This document shows, piece by piece, positions 18,409 through 26,515 of a stretch of 35,620 nucleotides of DNA. Every line of letters starts with the position of its first letter. The stretch's first letter is position 1. The stretch is taken from IMG/VR virus record IMGVR_UViG_3300029643_000041; one strand, written 5' to 3'. Below the pieces are notes generated by a model that had not been told where the DNA came from, ran no database searches, and worked only from the letters and a program-made list of their open reading frames with translations. Made by a program: the position numbers and the translations under genes. The DNA is from a virus (lineage: Duplodnaviria > Heunggongvirae > Uroviricota > Caudoviricetes).

Positions 18409-19242
18409 TCAGCAATTGGTCAGAGTGTCAGCGGGGGCGTTACCGCCTGTTGCACGCTGGCGGTAGTCCTGGCGGCTGTCTTCATGACTCAGCTTATTCA
18501 CCAGTTCGTTAAAGGCGGTCTGCTGTGCCTGCAGGGCAGTCTCCAGCTCAGACAGACGTTCTTCCTGCTCAGACAGGGATTTTTCGGTGCGTGCGCTCAG
18601 GTTCTGCTGCTCAGTGGCAACCAGCTCCACGGCCTTATGCACATCAGAGAACCGGGCGTCATCGGACTGCTCTTTTTTGGTAAACAGCGCCGTGACACGG
18701 GCAAACAGGGACGGCTTGTCCTCCTGGATTTCTTCCAGTTCGATCACCGTTTCCTCTGCAGCGGTAAAAAGATTGGCGGGATTCTGCTTGCGGTTTGCCA
18801 GCGGGTTATGGGCTGCACTGGCGCTGAATGTCAGCATTTCCGTACCCAGACTGGCGGGATCATCAGTGGCAGCCAGGCCGACCAGGTAGGCTTTGCCCGT
18901 ATCAGCAAACTTCGGGCTGACTTCCATAGAGGTGAATAATTTCTGGCCTTTTTTCACCAGCTCCACCAGGGACTCCGTTGGCTCAACGTCGGCATACAGC
19001 GCCATCTTGCCCGCCAGCGGACCTTCCGTGATTTCTTCAGCAAACAGCGCCGTCACCTTGCCGTAGCGGTTAAAGGTGCTGTCCGGCAGATAAGACTTGA
19101 TGTGCTCAAGGTTAATCAGCGCGGTATACACCGCCGGGTTGTAGCTGGCTGCCATCTGTTCCAGCCATTCACGCTGGATTTCGCGTCCGTCGGTGGTGGC
19201 ACCTTCCACCCCGATGCGAAAACGCTTTGCTTTCACTGTCAT
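18409..19242 (-). CDS. O: Capsid scaffolding protein O
   Basis: 277 aa (P2 gpO is 284 aa). Confidence 0.9.
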   Translation of the reverse strand: MTVKAKRFRIGVEGATTDGREIQREWLEQMAASYNPAVYTALINLEHIKSYLPDSTFNRYGKVTALFAEEITEGPLAGKMALYADVEPTESLVELVKKGQKLFTSMEVSPKFADTGKAYLVGLAATDDPASLGTEMLTFSASAAHNPLANRKQNPANLFTAAEETVIELEEIQEDKPSLFARVTALFTKKEQSDDARFSDVHKAVELVATEQQNLSARTEKSLSEQEERLSELETALQAQQTAFNELVNKLSHEDSRQDYRQRATGGNAPADTLTNC

Positions 19243-19320
19243 GAGCCGTGCTCCGTTAGAAAAAACTTACTGGAGCCTTATGGTTGCGGTGATGGGGGCA
19301 GTGAAACAATGCGCGGTATT

Positions 19321-19338
19321 TGTACCGACAACCACACA
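19321..19338. promoter_or_regulatory. Candidate late promoter dyad (TGT-N12-ACA) in the divergent O/P intergenic region
   Basis: tgtaccgacaaccacaca, 47-64 nt upstream of the P start. Confidence 0.45.
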
Positions 19339-19384
19339 AACCGCAGGCGGGGAAAGCCGTCATTCAAGGCTGTAGGTTTGTGCC

Positions 19385-21151
19385 ATGAACACCACACTGA
19401 CACCCGCAGATCTCGATCCCCGTCGGCAGGCCATGCTGCTGTACTTTCAGGGATACCGCGTAGCCCGCATTGCTGAAATGCTGGGCGAGAAAGTTGCAAC
19501 CGTTCACAGCTGGAAAAAACGCGACAAGTGGGGTGACTATGGGCCGCTGGATCAGATGCAGCTCACCACCGCCGCACGCTACTGCCAGCTCATCATGAAG
19601 GAGCACAAAGAAGGGAAAGACTTTAAAGAAATTGACCTGCTGGCGCGCCAGTCGGAGCGCCACGCGCGGATCGGCAAGTTTAACAATGGCGGCAACGAAG
19701 CCGACTTAAACCCTAACGTCGCCAACCGCAACAAAGGCCCGCGCCGTCAGCCGGAAAAGAATGTTTTCACCGATGAACAGATTGAGAAGCTGGAAGAAAT
19801 CTTCCATTCCTCCATGTTCAACTACCAGCGCCACTGGTGGGAAGCCGGAAAAACCAACCGCATCCGCAACCTGCTGAAGTCACGCCAGATCGGCGCGACC
19901 TTCTATTTTGCCCGTGAAGCCCTGATTGACGCCCTGCTAACCGGACGTAACCAGATTTTCCTTTCCGCCAGTAAGGCACAGGCCCACGTCTTTAAACAGT
20001 ACATCATCGACTTCGCCAAAGAAGTGGAGGTGGAGCTGAAAGGCGATCCGATGGTGCTTCCCAACGGGGCCACTCTTTACTTCCTCGGCACCAATGCCCG
20101 CACGGCCCAGAGTTACCACGGCAACCTGTATCTGGATGAATATTTCTGGATACCGAAATTCCAGGAGCTGCGCAAAGTGGCTTCCGGTATGGCTATTCAC
20201 AAAAAATGGCGACAAACCTATTTTTCCACGCCATCCAGCCTGACCCACAGTGCTTATCCGTTCTGGTCCGGTGCGCTGTTCAACCGTGGACGCAACAAAG
20301 CCGACAAGGTGGACATCGACCTGTCCCATAGCAATCTGGCCCCCGGCCTGCTGTGCGCAGACGGGCAATACCGCCAGATAGTCACCGTGGAAGATGCGGT
20401 GCGCGGCGGCTGTAACCTGTTCGACCTTGACCAGTTGCGCATGGAGTACAGCCCGGACGAATACCAGAACCTGCTGATGTGCGAGTTCGTGGACGATCTC
20501 GCGTCCGTGTTCCCGCTCAGCGAGCTGCAGGCGTGCATGGTGGACAGCTGGGAAGTCTGGACCGACTTTCATGCACTGGCCCTGCGCCCGTTTGGCTGGC
20601 GCGAGGTGTGGATCGGTTATGACCCGGCAAAAGGTACGCAAAACGGCGACAGCGCCGGATGCGTGGTGGTGGCACCGCCAGCCGTGCCGGGCGGTAAGTT
20701 CCGCATTCTTGAGCGTCACCAGTGGCGCGGGATGGACTTCCGCGCCCAGGCTGACGCCATCAAAAAACTGACCGAACAGTACAACGTGACCTATATCGGC
20801 ATCGACTCGACGGGTGTCGGTCACGGGGTTTATGAAAACGTGAAAGCGTTTTTTCCAGCCGTCCGGGAGTTTGTCTACAACCCCAACGTTAAAAACGCCC
20901 TGGTACTCAAGGCCTACGACATTATCAGTCACCGTCGTCTGGAGTTTGACGCCGGACACACCGACATAGCGCAGTCATTTATGGCAATCCGTCGCGCAAC
21001 CACCGCCAGCGGCAACCGCCCGACCTATGAAGCAAGCCGCAGTGAAGAAGCCAGCCATGCCGATCTGGCCTGGGCAACAATGCACGCACTGTTTAACGAA
21101 CCGCTGCAGGGCGAGTCCGCCAATACCAGCAATATTGTGGAGATTTTTTGA
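19385..21151 (+). CDS. P: Terminase large (ATPase) subunit P
   Basis: 588 aa (P2 gpP is 590 aa); divergent from O. Confidence 0.9.
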   Translation: MNTTLTPADLDPRRQAMLLYFQGYRVARIAEMLGEKVATVHSWKKRDKWGDYGPLDQMQLTTAARYCQLIMKEHKEGKDFKEIDLLARQSERHARIGKFNNGGNEADLNPNVANRNKGPRRQPEKNVFTDEQIEKLEEIFHSSMFNYQRHWWEAGKTNRIRNLLKSRQIGATFYFAREALIDALLTGRNQIFLSASKAQAHVFKQYIIDFAKEVEVELKGDPMVLPNGATLYFLGTNARTAQSYHGNLYLDEYFWIPKFQELRKVASGMAIHKKWRQTYFSTPSSLTHSAYPFWSGALFNRGRNKADKVDIDLSHSNLAPGLLCADGQYRQIVTVEDAVRGGCNLFDLDQLRMEYSPDEYQNLLMCEFVDDLASVFPLSELQACMVDSWEVWTDFHALALRPFGWREVWIGYDPAKGTQNGDSAGCVVVAPPAVPGGKFRILERHQWRGMDFRAQADAIKKLTEQYNVTYIGIDSTGVGHGVYENVKAFFPAVREFVYNPNVKNALVLKAYDIISHRRLEFDAGHTDIAQSFMAIRRATTASGNRPTYEASRSEEASHADLAWATMHALFNEPLQGESANTSNIVEIF

Positions 21152-22179
21152 TGGGAAAGAGTAAAAAAAAACGCGCTGCGGCGACGAACCAGATCCAGCA
21201 TAAAAGCCAAGCTTCAGCCGAAGCATTCAGCTTCGGTGATCCCATTCCAGTACTTGACCGCCGCGAACTGCTGGACTATGTGGAATGCGTACAGACAGAT
21301 CGCTGGTATGAGCCTCCCGTCAGCTTTGACGGACTGGCGCGCACCTTCCGCGCTGCCGTGCATCACAGTTCACCAATTGCAGTGAAATGCAACATTCTGA
21401 CCAGCACCTACATCCCTCACCCGCTTCTCAGCCAGCAGGCTTTTTCGCGTTTTGTGCTGGACTATCTGGTATTTGGTAACGCCTACTTGGAGAAACGCAC
21501 GAACCGATTCGGTGAAGTTATCGCCCTTGAGCCTGCGCTGGCAAAATACACCCGACGCGGGTTAGACCTGGATACCTACTGGTTTGTACAATACGGTATG
21601 ACAACCCAGCCGTATCAGTTCGCGAAAGGCAGCATTTTTCATCTGATGGAACCGGACATCAACCAGGAGATCTACGGCCTGCCCGGTTATCTTTCTGCCA
21701 TTCCGTCAGCCCTGCTCAACGAGTCCGCCACGCTGTTCCGCCGCAAGTATTACATTAACGGCAGTCATGCAGGCTTCATCATGTATATGACTGACGCCGC
21801 GCAGAACCAGGAGGATGTGAACAACCTCCGCAACGCGATGAAAAGCGCCAAAGGACCGGGCAACTTCCGTAACTTGTTTATGTACTCGCCTAACGGCAAA
21901 AAGGACGGGCTTCAGATCATCCCGTTGTCAGAAGTTGCAGCGAAGGATGAATTTCTGAATATCAAGAACGTGAGCCGGGACGACATGATGGCGGCACACC
22001 GTGTGCCGCCGCAAATGATGGGGATTATGCCGAATAATGTTGGGGGGTTTGGGGATGTGGAGAAAGCTAGTAAGGTTTTTGTGACAAATGAATTAGTACC
22101 TCTACAAAAAAAAATCCATGAATTTAATCAGTGGATAGGGATGCATATTATCAATTTCTCAGAATATAATATAGATTAA
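21148..22179 (+). CDS. Q: Portal protein Q
   Basis: 343 aa (P2 gpQ is 344 aa); start overlaps the P stop. Confidence 0.9.
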   Translation: MMGKSKKKRAAATNQIQHKSQASAEAFSFGDPIPVLDRRELLDYVECVQTDRWYEPPVSFDGLARTFRAAVHHSSPIAVKCNILTSTYIPHPLLSQQAFSRFVLDYLVFGNAYLEKRTNRFGEVIALEPALAKYTRRGLDLDTYWFVQYGMTTQPYQFAKGSIFHLMEPDINQEIYGLPGYLSAIPSALLNESATLFRRKYYINGSHAGFIMYMTDAAQNQEDVNNLRNAMKSAKGPGNFRNLFMYSPNGKKDGLQIIPLSEVAAKDEFLNIKNVSRDDMMAAHRVPPQMMGIMPNNVGGFGDVEKASKVFVTNELVPLQKKIHEFNQWIGMHIINFSEYNID

Positions 22180-22202
22180 TTATATATACATCCCTCTAAC
22201 CT

Positions 22203-22886
22203 TTAAGGCATTCTATTCTCAAAAACATGCTTTATCGCAGTGGTAAAGCATCTATCTTTTACATTCTTTTTAAACTCATCAAAGACCATAGATCTAACAT
22301 CTTCAATTTCACATCCTGATTCAATAAGCTGAGATGCACATCCGACCAGTTCCTTTATTAATGTCATGCTTAATTCTATTGCACGTCTTCTTTCCGCCTT
22401 GACTCCTCCTGAGGACGGGTTTAAGTTAAATACTCTTAACGTAACCTCTGCCATTTTGTGTTCTTTCTCATTCAAGCCTTCTCTAATATGAACATCACCA
22501 TTTTCCAAAAAATGGAAAAAAACATCTGGATTTTGTCTATCAGCTTTAATTAAATCATCATCGTTATATTTTTGCTTATCCTTATAAAACCCACACCTTT
22601 GCGGCTCACCACATGAGCCAAACAAATTAGACCACTCGAAAGTTAAATTTTTGTAATAACTTTTCCTGTAAAAATGTTCAATATGCCTCTCAACTTTATT
22701 TTTGCCACCACTTTTATGATGCTCTATTTTTTTCTCGCAATAAGCACATAATTTACCTTGCATTTTTATTATTTCTTCCCATATTTCTTTTTTATCATTT
22801 GATGATAGGGAATTCCAATCATCCCTCCTATAGTCAAATTTATTAAGAACGGAAGGCCCTGGCATTTGCCTAGATAGATATTTCAT
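22203..22886 (-). CDS. HNH endonuclease, Septu PtuB-like retron effector component
   Basis: 227 aa; CAYCEKKIEHH...VERHIEHFYRK...CGEPQRC HNH/zinc motif; start overlaps the ATPase stop (ATGA); strongly AT-rich. Confidence 0.8.
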   Translation of the reverse strand: MKYLSRQMPGPSVLNKFDYRRDDWNSLSSNDKKEIWEEIIKMQGKLCAYCEKKIEHHKSGGKNKVERHIEHFYRKSYYKNLTFEWSNLFGSCGEPQRCGFYKDKQKYNDDDLIKADRQNPDVFFHFLENGDVHIREGLNEKEHKMAEVTLRVFNLNPSSGGVKAERRRAIELSMTLIKELVGCASQLIESGCEIEDVRSMVFDEFKKNVKDRCFTTAIKHVFENRMP

Positions 22887-24517
22887 TTTACATCCTTACT
22901 TCCAGAAAAGTGCTGATTTATCTTATTTTTGAACTCCAAAACAGATATAAGATCATCACACTCTTGAACTAAAGGATGGTCTAATCCGAAATGTTTAATA
23001 ACTTTTTCTCTTAACAAAAGAGCCTCGTCACTGCTATAACGATTAAGCTCAACCAATTTTTTATATTCTTCAAGCCAACCATTTTCTTTAGTAGAGGGTA
23101 TAGGATCAGTTCTCATTCCATATAAAAGTGCATCCTGATTACTAACACCTTTTATTTGATAGTCGGGGTGAGACACTATCAAATCATTAACACCATCTAC
23201 TTCCACTTCCTGTAGAATACGCACTGAACGAGAGCTAACAGTGGATAAAACCTGTGGGCTATGGGTAGTAATTACAAATTGAACATTTGGGAATGTAGAT
23301 GTCAAACGCTCAATAATTGTCTGTTGCCATTGCGGATGCAAATGCAAATCAATTTCATCAATTAAAACAATCCCATATCCCAATAGAGGATTAGATAAAT
23401 TTGGATTAAGTAAAATTAAACGTCGAGCCAAATCACCAACTAAAGTAAATATAGTTTTCTCACCTTGAGACAACTGTTGAATATCTAATTCAACCTCTCC
23501 TTTTTTAAGGATAATCTTATAATCATCATCACCATAAACAAGCTTAATCCACTGAAATTCAGGCAAGAACTTTAGAATGGTATTTATAACACTATCATAA
23601 AGTGATACTGCATTATTAAACTTATGTTCTCCTGATTGCAGAGATTTCATGTAGTTCAATTTTTCTTTAAGCGAAAGCTCTAAACCTTTTATAACTGTTG
23701 AATCAATATTATCAATCGCAGATAGTTGAGTTAATGTTGCTTTCAAACTCTGAATATCTGAAAATAACGCATTGATTGTCGTTTGTGACTCACTCAATTT
23801 CTCTTGTGAAGCTCTGTTATGAAGAAATACAAGCCATTGAAAAAAATCGGTAAAATCATTTCTGTCAAACTCGATTTCATCATACACATCGAATTTTGAC
23901 CATACAGTTTTAGTTTTAGCATTTTTTCTTTTCCTATCAACCCCACCGCCTATATAAGAACGCGCAATAGAATAATATGCCATCAAAGGCAAGCTTGCAT
24001 TATCAACATATTTATTCACAAGTCTATAAATACTTGCAAGTTTTTTTATCTCCAACAATTCATTATTTCTAGAATAATATGCCCCCTCTTTCGCTTTAGT
24101 AATCAAAATACTGGTATTAAAGTCCTTGAGTTTTATATTTGCATCAATTGATGCATACTCAACATCAACAGAGTTATTAACTTCATGGCTTTTAATATAA
24201 GTACCAGGCTTACTCTCCTTTTCAATATTTGATCTCAACCAACTCAAAACAATTGCTATTGCATCCAAAATAGTGCTTTTACCGAATCCGTTATCCCCGA
24301 CAAAAACAGTCAAATCATCTTCTAAAGAAATCTGTAGTTCTCTTATCCGTTTAAAATCATGTATACCTATTTTATTTAAATGAAACTTACTCTCATTTAA
24401 AGTAGATATTAGCTTTTGAAGCTCAACAGACTCCTTCAAATAATCCTCGTTTATCACATGTGATTCCAACTCTAAAAAATCAACATAGCAAGTCTCTAAA
24501 TTCATTTTATTTATCAT
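22883..24517 (-). CDS. P-loop ATPase, Septu PtuA-like retron effector component
   Basis: 544 aa; Walker A VFVGDNGFGKST, Walker B VLIDEIDLHLHP, then ITTHSP; translationally coupled to the RT upstream and the HNH downstream. Confidence 0.8.
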   Translation of the reverse strand: MINKMNLETCYVDFLELESHVINEDYLKESVELQKLISTLNESKFHLNKIGIHDFKRIRELQISLEDDLTVFVGDNGFGKSTILDAIAIVLSWLRSNIEKESKPGTYIKSHEVNNSVDVEYASIDANIKLKDFNTSILITKAKEGAYYSRNNELLEIKKLASIYRLVNKYVDNASLPLMAYYSIARSYIGGGVDRKRKNAKTKTVWSKFDVYDEIEFDRNDFTDFFQWLVFLHNRASQEKLSESQTTINALFSDIQSLKATLTQLSAIDNIDSTVIKGLELSLKEKLNYMKSLQSGEHKFNNAVSLYDSVINTILKFLPEFQWIKLVYGDDDYKIILKKGEVELDIQQLSQGEKTIFTLVGDLARRLILLNPNLSNPLLGYGIVLIDEIDLHLHPQWQQTIIERLTSTFPNVQFVITTHSPQVLSTVSSRSVRILQEVEVDGVNDLIVSHPDYQIKGVSNQDALLYGMRTDPIPSTKENGWLEEYKKLVELNRYSSDEALLLREKVIKHFGLDHPLVQECDDLISVLEFKNKINQHFSGSKDVK

Positions 24518-25452
24518 TATTTGTTTCCTTCCATCAGGAACTTAGTTATTAACTCACAACCATATTTTTTTTGTAACCTTAATAAAAAATCACCCTCCAA
24601 ATAATTTGCAAACGCAATCATCCCTTTGGTTTTATTTATTTCTTCGGAAGATAAGAGTCCCAAAGAATATTTATGAATCTTTGCAAACAGCATCCTTTTA
24701 CGATCGCGACCAATTGATAAATTGCCCTGAGGTGTAAGTGTTACACCAGTCACGTGCCGATTATGAGCCATCGATGTAAAAATTGTTTTAGATTCATTGA
24801 TTGATAGACCGGGAACATGGAGCGACAACATTTTTTTTACCACCTTAGGAACCCTGCACAATATATCCTTAATATTAGTTGAAAAAGTTATATCATCTGC
24901 ATACCTTGAATAAGTGATACCATTGTTACGGCACCAATCATCAAGACTCTTGTCAAAGTCATACATAACAAAATTACTAATAAATGGTGAGCTTGGCGCC
25001 CCTACACTTAATATCAACGTTGTACTTCTCTTTTTTCCCGGACGCCAAAAAAGCAAATTACGTAGGGTGTTCTCATCAAATGAATCCAATTTCAGCCCTG
25101 TGTTCTCAAGTTTCGAGAAAAATATATCAGGTTTAATTTTGTTAAAGAAGTTCTGAAAATCCATTTTAAGAATATAATTATTATCTTTATGCAACAATGC
25201 ATTATCTTTAATACTTTTTTTATATTCATATGCCATTGCCTTATGATGAACAGGCAGCTTTGGCTGTAGCAAAGATACTATAAATCTCTGTACGTTTTTT
25301 AGTTCCTTTGTCGGCTGAGCTATCACCCGAAAACCTGCGCCACGTTTAGGAATATAATAAACTTTATATTTTTTGGGGGCCTCATTTAAAAGTAATTGGA
25401 AAGCTAATCTATTATAATTAAACTTACTGATAATTTTAGAAGTTAGTTGCAT
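24517..25452 (-). CDS. Retron-type reverse transcriptase
   Basis: 311 aa; ILKMDFQNFF, SVGAPSSPFISNF, YSRYADDITF (YxDD box) and the retron-typical VTG triplet (HNRHVTGVTL); AGAGGGG Shine-Dalgarno before the ATG; preceded by a structured non-coding region. Confidence 0.85.
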   Translation of the reverse strand: MQLTSKIISKFNYNRLAFQLLLNEAPKKYKVYYIPKRGAGFRVIAQPTKELKNVQRFIVSLLQPKLPVHHKAMAYEYKKSIKDNALLHKDNNYILKMDFQNFFNKIKPDIFFSKLENTGLKLDSFDENTLRNLLFWRPGKKRSTTLILSVGAPSSPFISNFVMYDFDKSLDDWCRNNGITYSRYADDITFSTNIKDILCRVPKVVKKMLSLHVPGLSINESKTIFTSMAHNRHVTGVTLTPQGNLSIGRDRKRMLFAKIHKYSLGLLSSEEINKTKGMIAFANYLEGDFLLRLQKKYGCELITKFLMEGNK

Positions 25453-25700
25453 ATAACCCCTCTTAAAACCAAAGCGCCATGCAACTTTACATAGCGCTTT
25501 GACTCTTCACTAAAGACAGCGAAAGACACAGATTTCTCCTTCGCATATCTGCCCCGGGCAGGGATGCGAAGGAGAAATCTGTGTCTTTCGCAACCCTAAA
25601 CCGGACAATAAATTTAAGCCTGGCTAATCACCCGGCTGGAACCAATGTTCCTACACTAAAGAGCGTAATGATTTTAATGAACAAATAGATATAAGGCAAG
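25453..25700 (-). ncRNA. Candidate retron msr-msd non-coding RNA (limits approximate)
   Basis: Non-coding stretch directly 5' of the RT on the same strand; 28-bp perfect inverted repeat (arms 25519-25546 and 25564-25591, 17-nt loop) consistent with an msd stem; smaller hairpins at 25638-25651 and 25461-25490. Flanking a1/a2 repeats were not resolved by eye. Confidence 0.5.
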
Positions 25701-25704
25701 GCGC

Positions 25705-25735
25705 GCGCTCGTATCCCCGCCACGCCTGCCCGCTT
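25705..25735. other. cos-like GC-rich motif (candidate cohesive-end site)
   Basis: Minus-strand ggcgtggcggggatacgag matches 14 of 19 positions of the P2 cohesive end GGCGAGGCGGGGAAAGCAC as I recall it; lies between the Tum-module terminator and the retron. Confidence 0.3.
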
Positions 25736-25770
25736 TATGTAGTGGTTTTCATGCACCTGCATGATCTACG

Positions 25771-25797
25771 CAAAAGCCCGCCAGTTCTGGCGGGCCT
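25771..25797 (-). terminator. Rho-independent terminator closing the SOS/Tum-like operon
   Basis: Minus strand gcccgccag-aa-ctggcgggc followed by ttttg. Confidence 0.6.
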
Positions 25798-25930
25798 TAG
25801 CAAAAACGATCCTCAAACGATCATGCGATCTCATGCGGCATAGACATGCACTACAGAGCTAACGCCTCGCAAGGGCTCGTTGTTCAACCTTGCTGACGCC
25901 AGAAACAAGTTCAGACGCCAGCAACGTTTC

Positions 25931-26164
25931 TTAATGCAGCCAGCTGTCGTCTTCCCACACCTTCTGCATAATTTTCATCACTTGTTTTCTTTCTTCGTCC
26001 AGTTGCAGTCCGGTCAGTTCCACACCGTTAGAGCTACCTTTGCGGATACGAATTACCGTTTTGGGATACAGGGGGCGCAGATTGCGGTAAAGCTCGGATT
26101 CAAGGGCGTCCAGTGTAGACTGGCTAATCTTCTGCTCTTTATCGATCATTATTTCAATGCGCAT
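25931..26164 (-). CDS. DinI-family protein (Tum-like antirepressor C-terminal module)
   Basis: 77 aa from the internal Met with a GAGGTG Shine-Dalgarno; MRIEIMIDKEQKISQSTLDALESELYRNL...VWEDDSWL parallels E. coli DinI (MRIEVTIAK...). Confidence 0.8.
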   Translation of the reverse strand: MRIEIMIDKEQKISQSTLDALESELYRNLRPLYPKTVIRIRKGSSNGVELTGLQLDEERKQVMKIMQKVWEDDSWLH

Positions 26165-26174
26165 AAAAGTCACC

Positions 26175-26363
26175 TCAGCTGATGACATCCATTGAGCGGT
26201 TGTATTCGTGGGTTCTGATTTTTGCCATGAGTTCATCTGTCAGTTCAGAAACCCACTGCAGGGCCAGCCCCTTCTCTTCATCACTACACTCACTAGCCGC
26301 TACAAGCTTAAGAAAAAAATCAATGCGCTGGAGCTTCAAAGACTCCAAAAAATAGTCCTGCAT
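26175..26363 (-). CDS. Small acidic protein, first gene of the LexA-controlled operon (possible Tum N-terminal module)
   Basis: 62 aa ORF starting about 30-60 nt downstream of the LexA box; ends 10 nt before the DinI-like start. Confidence 0.45.
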   Translation of the reverse strand: MQDYFLESLKLQRIDFFLKLVAASECSDEEKGLALQWVSELTDELMAKIRTHEYNRSMDVIS

Positions 26364-26405
26364 CTTTCCTCCTATGACACCAAAGCAATACTGTATATAT
26401 AACCA

Positions 26406-26421
26406 CTGTTTATGTTTACAG
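26406..26421. promoter_or_regulatory. LexA operator (SOS box) CTGT-N8-ACAG
   Basis: ctgtttatgtttacag, overlapping a TATACT -10 element with a TTTACA -35 on the minus strand; an adjacent half-site tactgtatatata at 26389-26401. Confidence 0.65.
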
Positions 26422-26515
26422 TATATAATAATCTTACTGATGTAAAACGTTTTTTTACGCTCATCAGCCTGATATGCCTGGTATTATTAAGAGCACGAAT
26501 TGTTAACCCGCGTAA

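Noticed and set aside
19341-19359. cos-like string aggcggggaaagc in the O/P intergenic region (13 contiguous matches to the P2 cohesive end as recalled)
   Set aside because: Its position between the divergent O and P late promoters is not where P2-family cos sites lie (beyond Q); more likely a chance match or part of the promoter region. The 25705-25735 motif is the better cos candidate.
19937-20959. 340-aa minus-strand ORF inside terminase gene P
   Set aside because: Antisense shadow ORF overlapping a conserved full-length terminase; no start context or motifs.
25519-25591. The 28-bp perfect palindrome as a CRISPR repeat or terminator
   Set aside because: It occurs once, with no repeat-spacer periodicity and no flanking T/A run on either strand; its position directly 5' of a retron RT fits an msd stem better.
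25931-26236. Full 101-aa track ORF as the DinI-like gene
   Set aside because: DinI homology begins at the internal Met (MRIEIMIDK), which has its own Shine-Dalgarno; the upstream 24 codons overlap the preceding ORF and are treated as non-coding unless a frameshift fusion is demonstrated.
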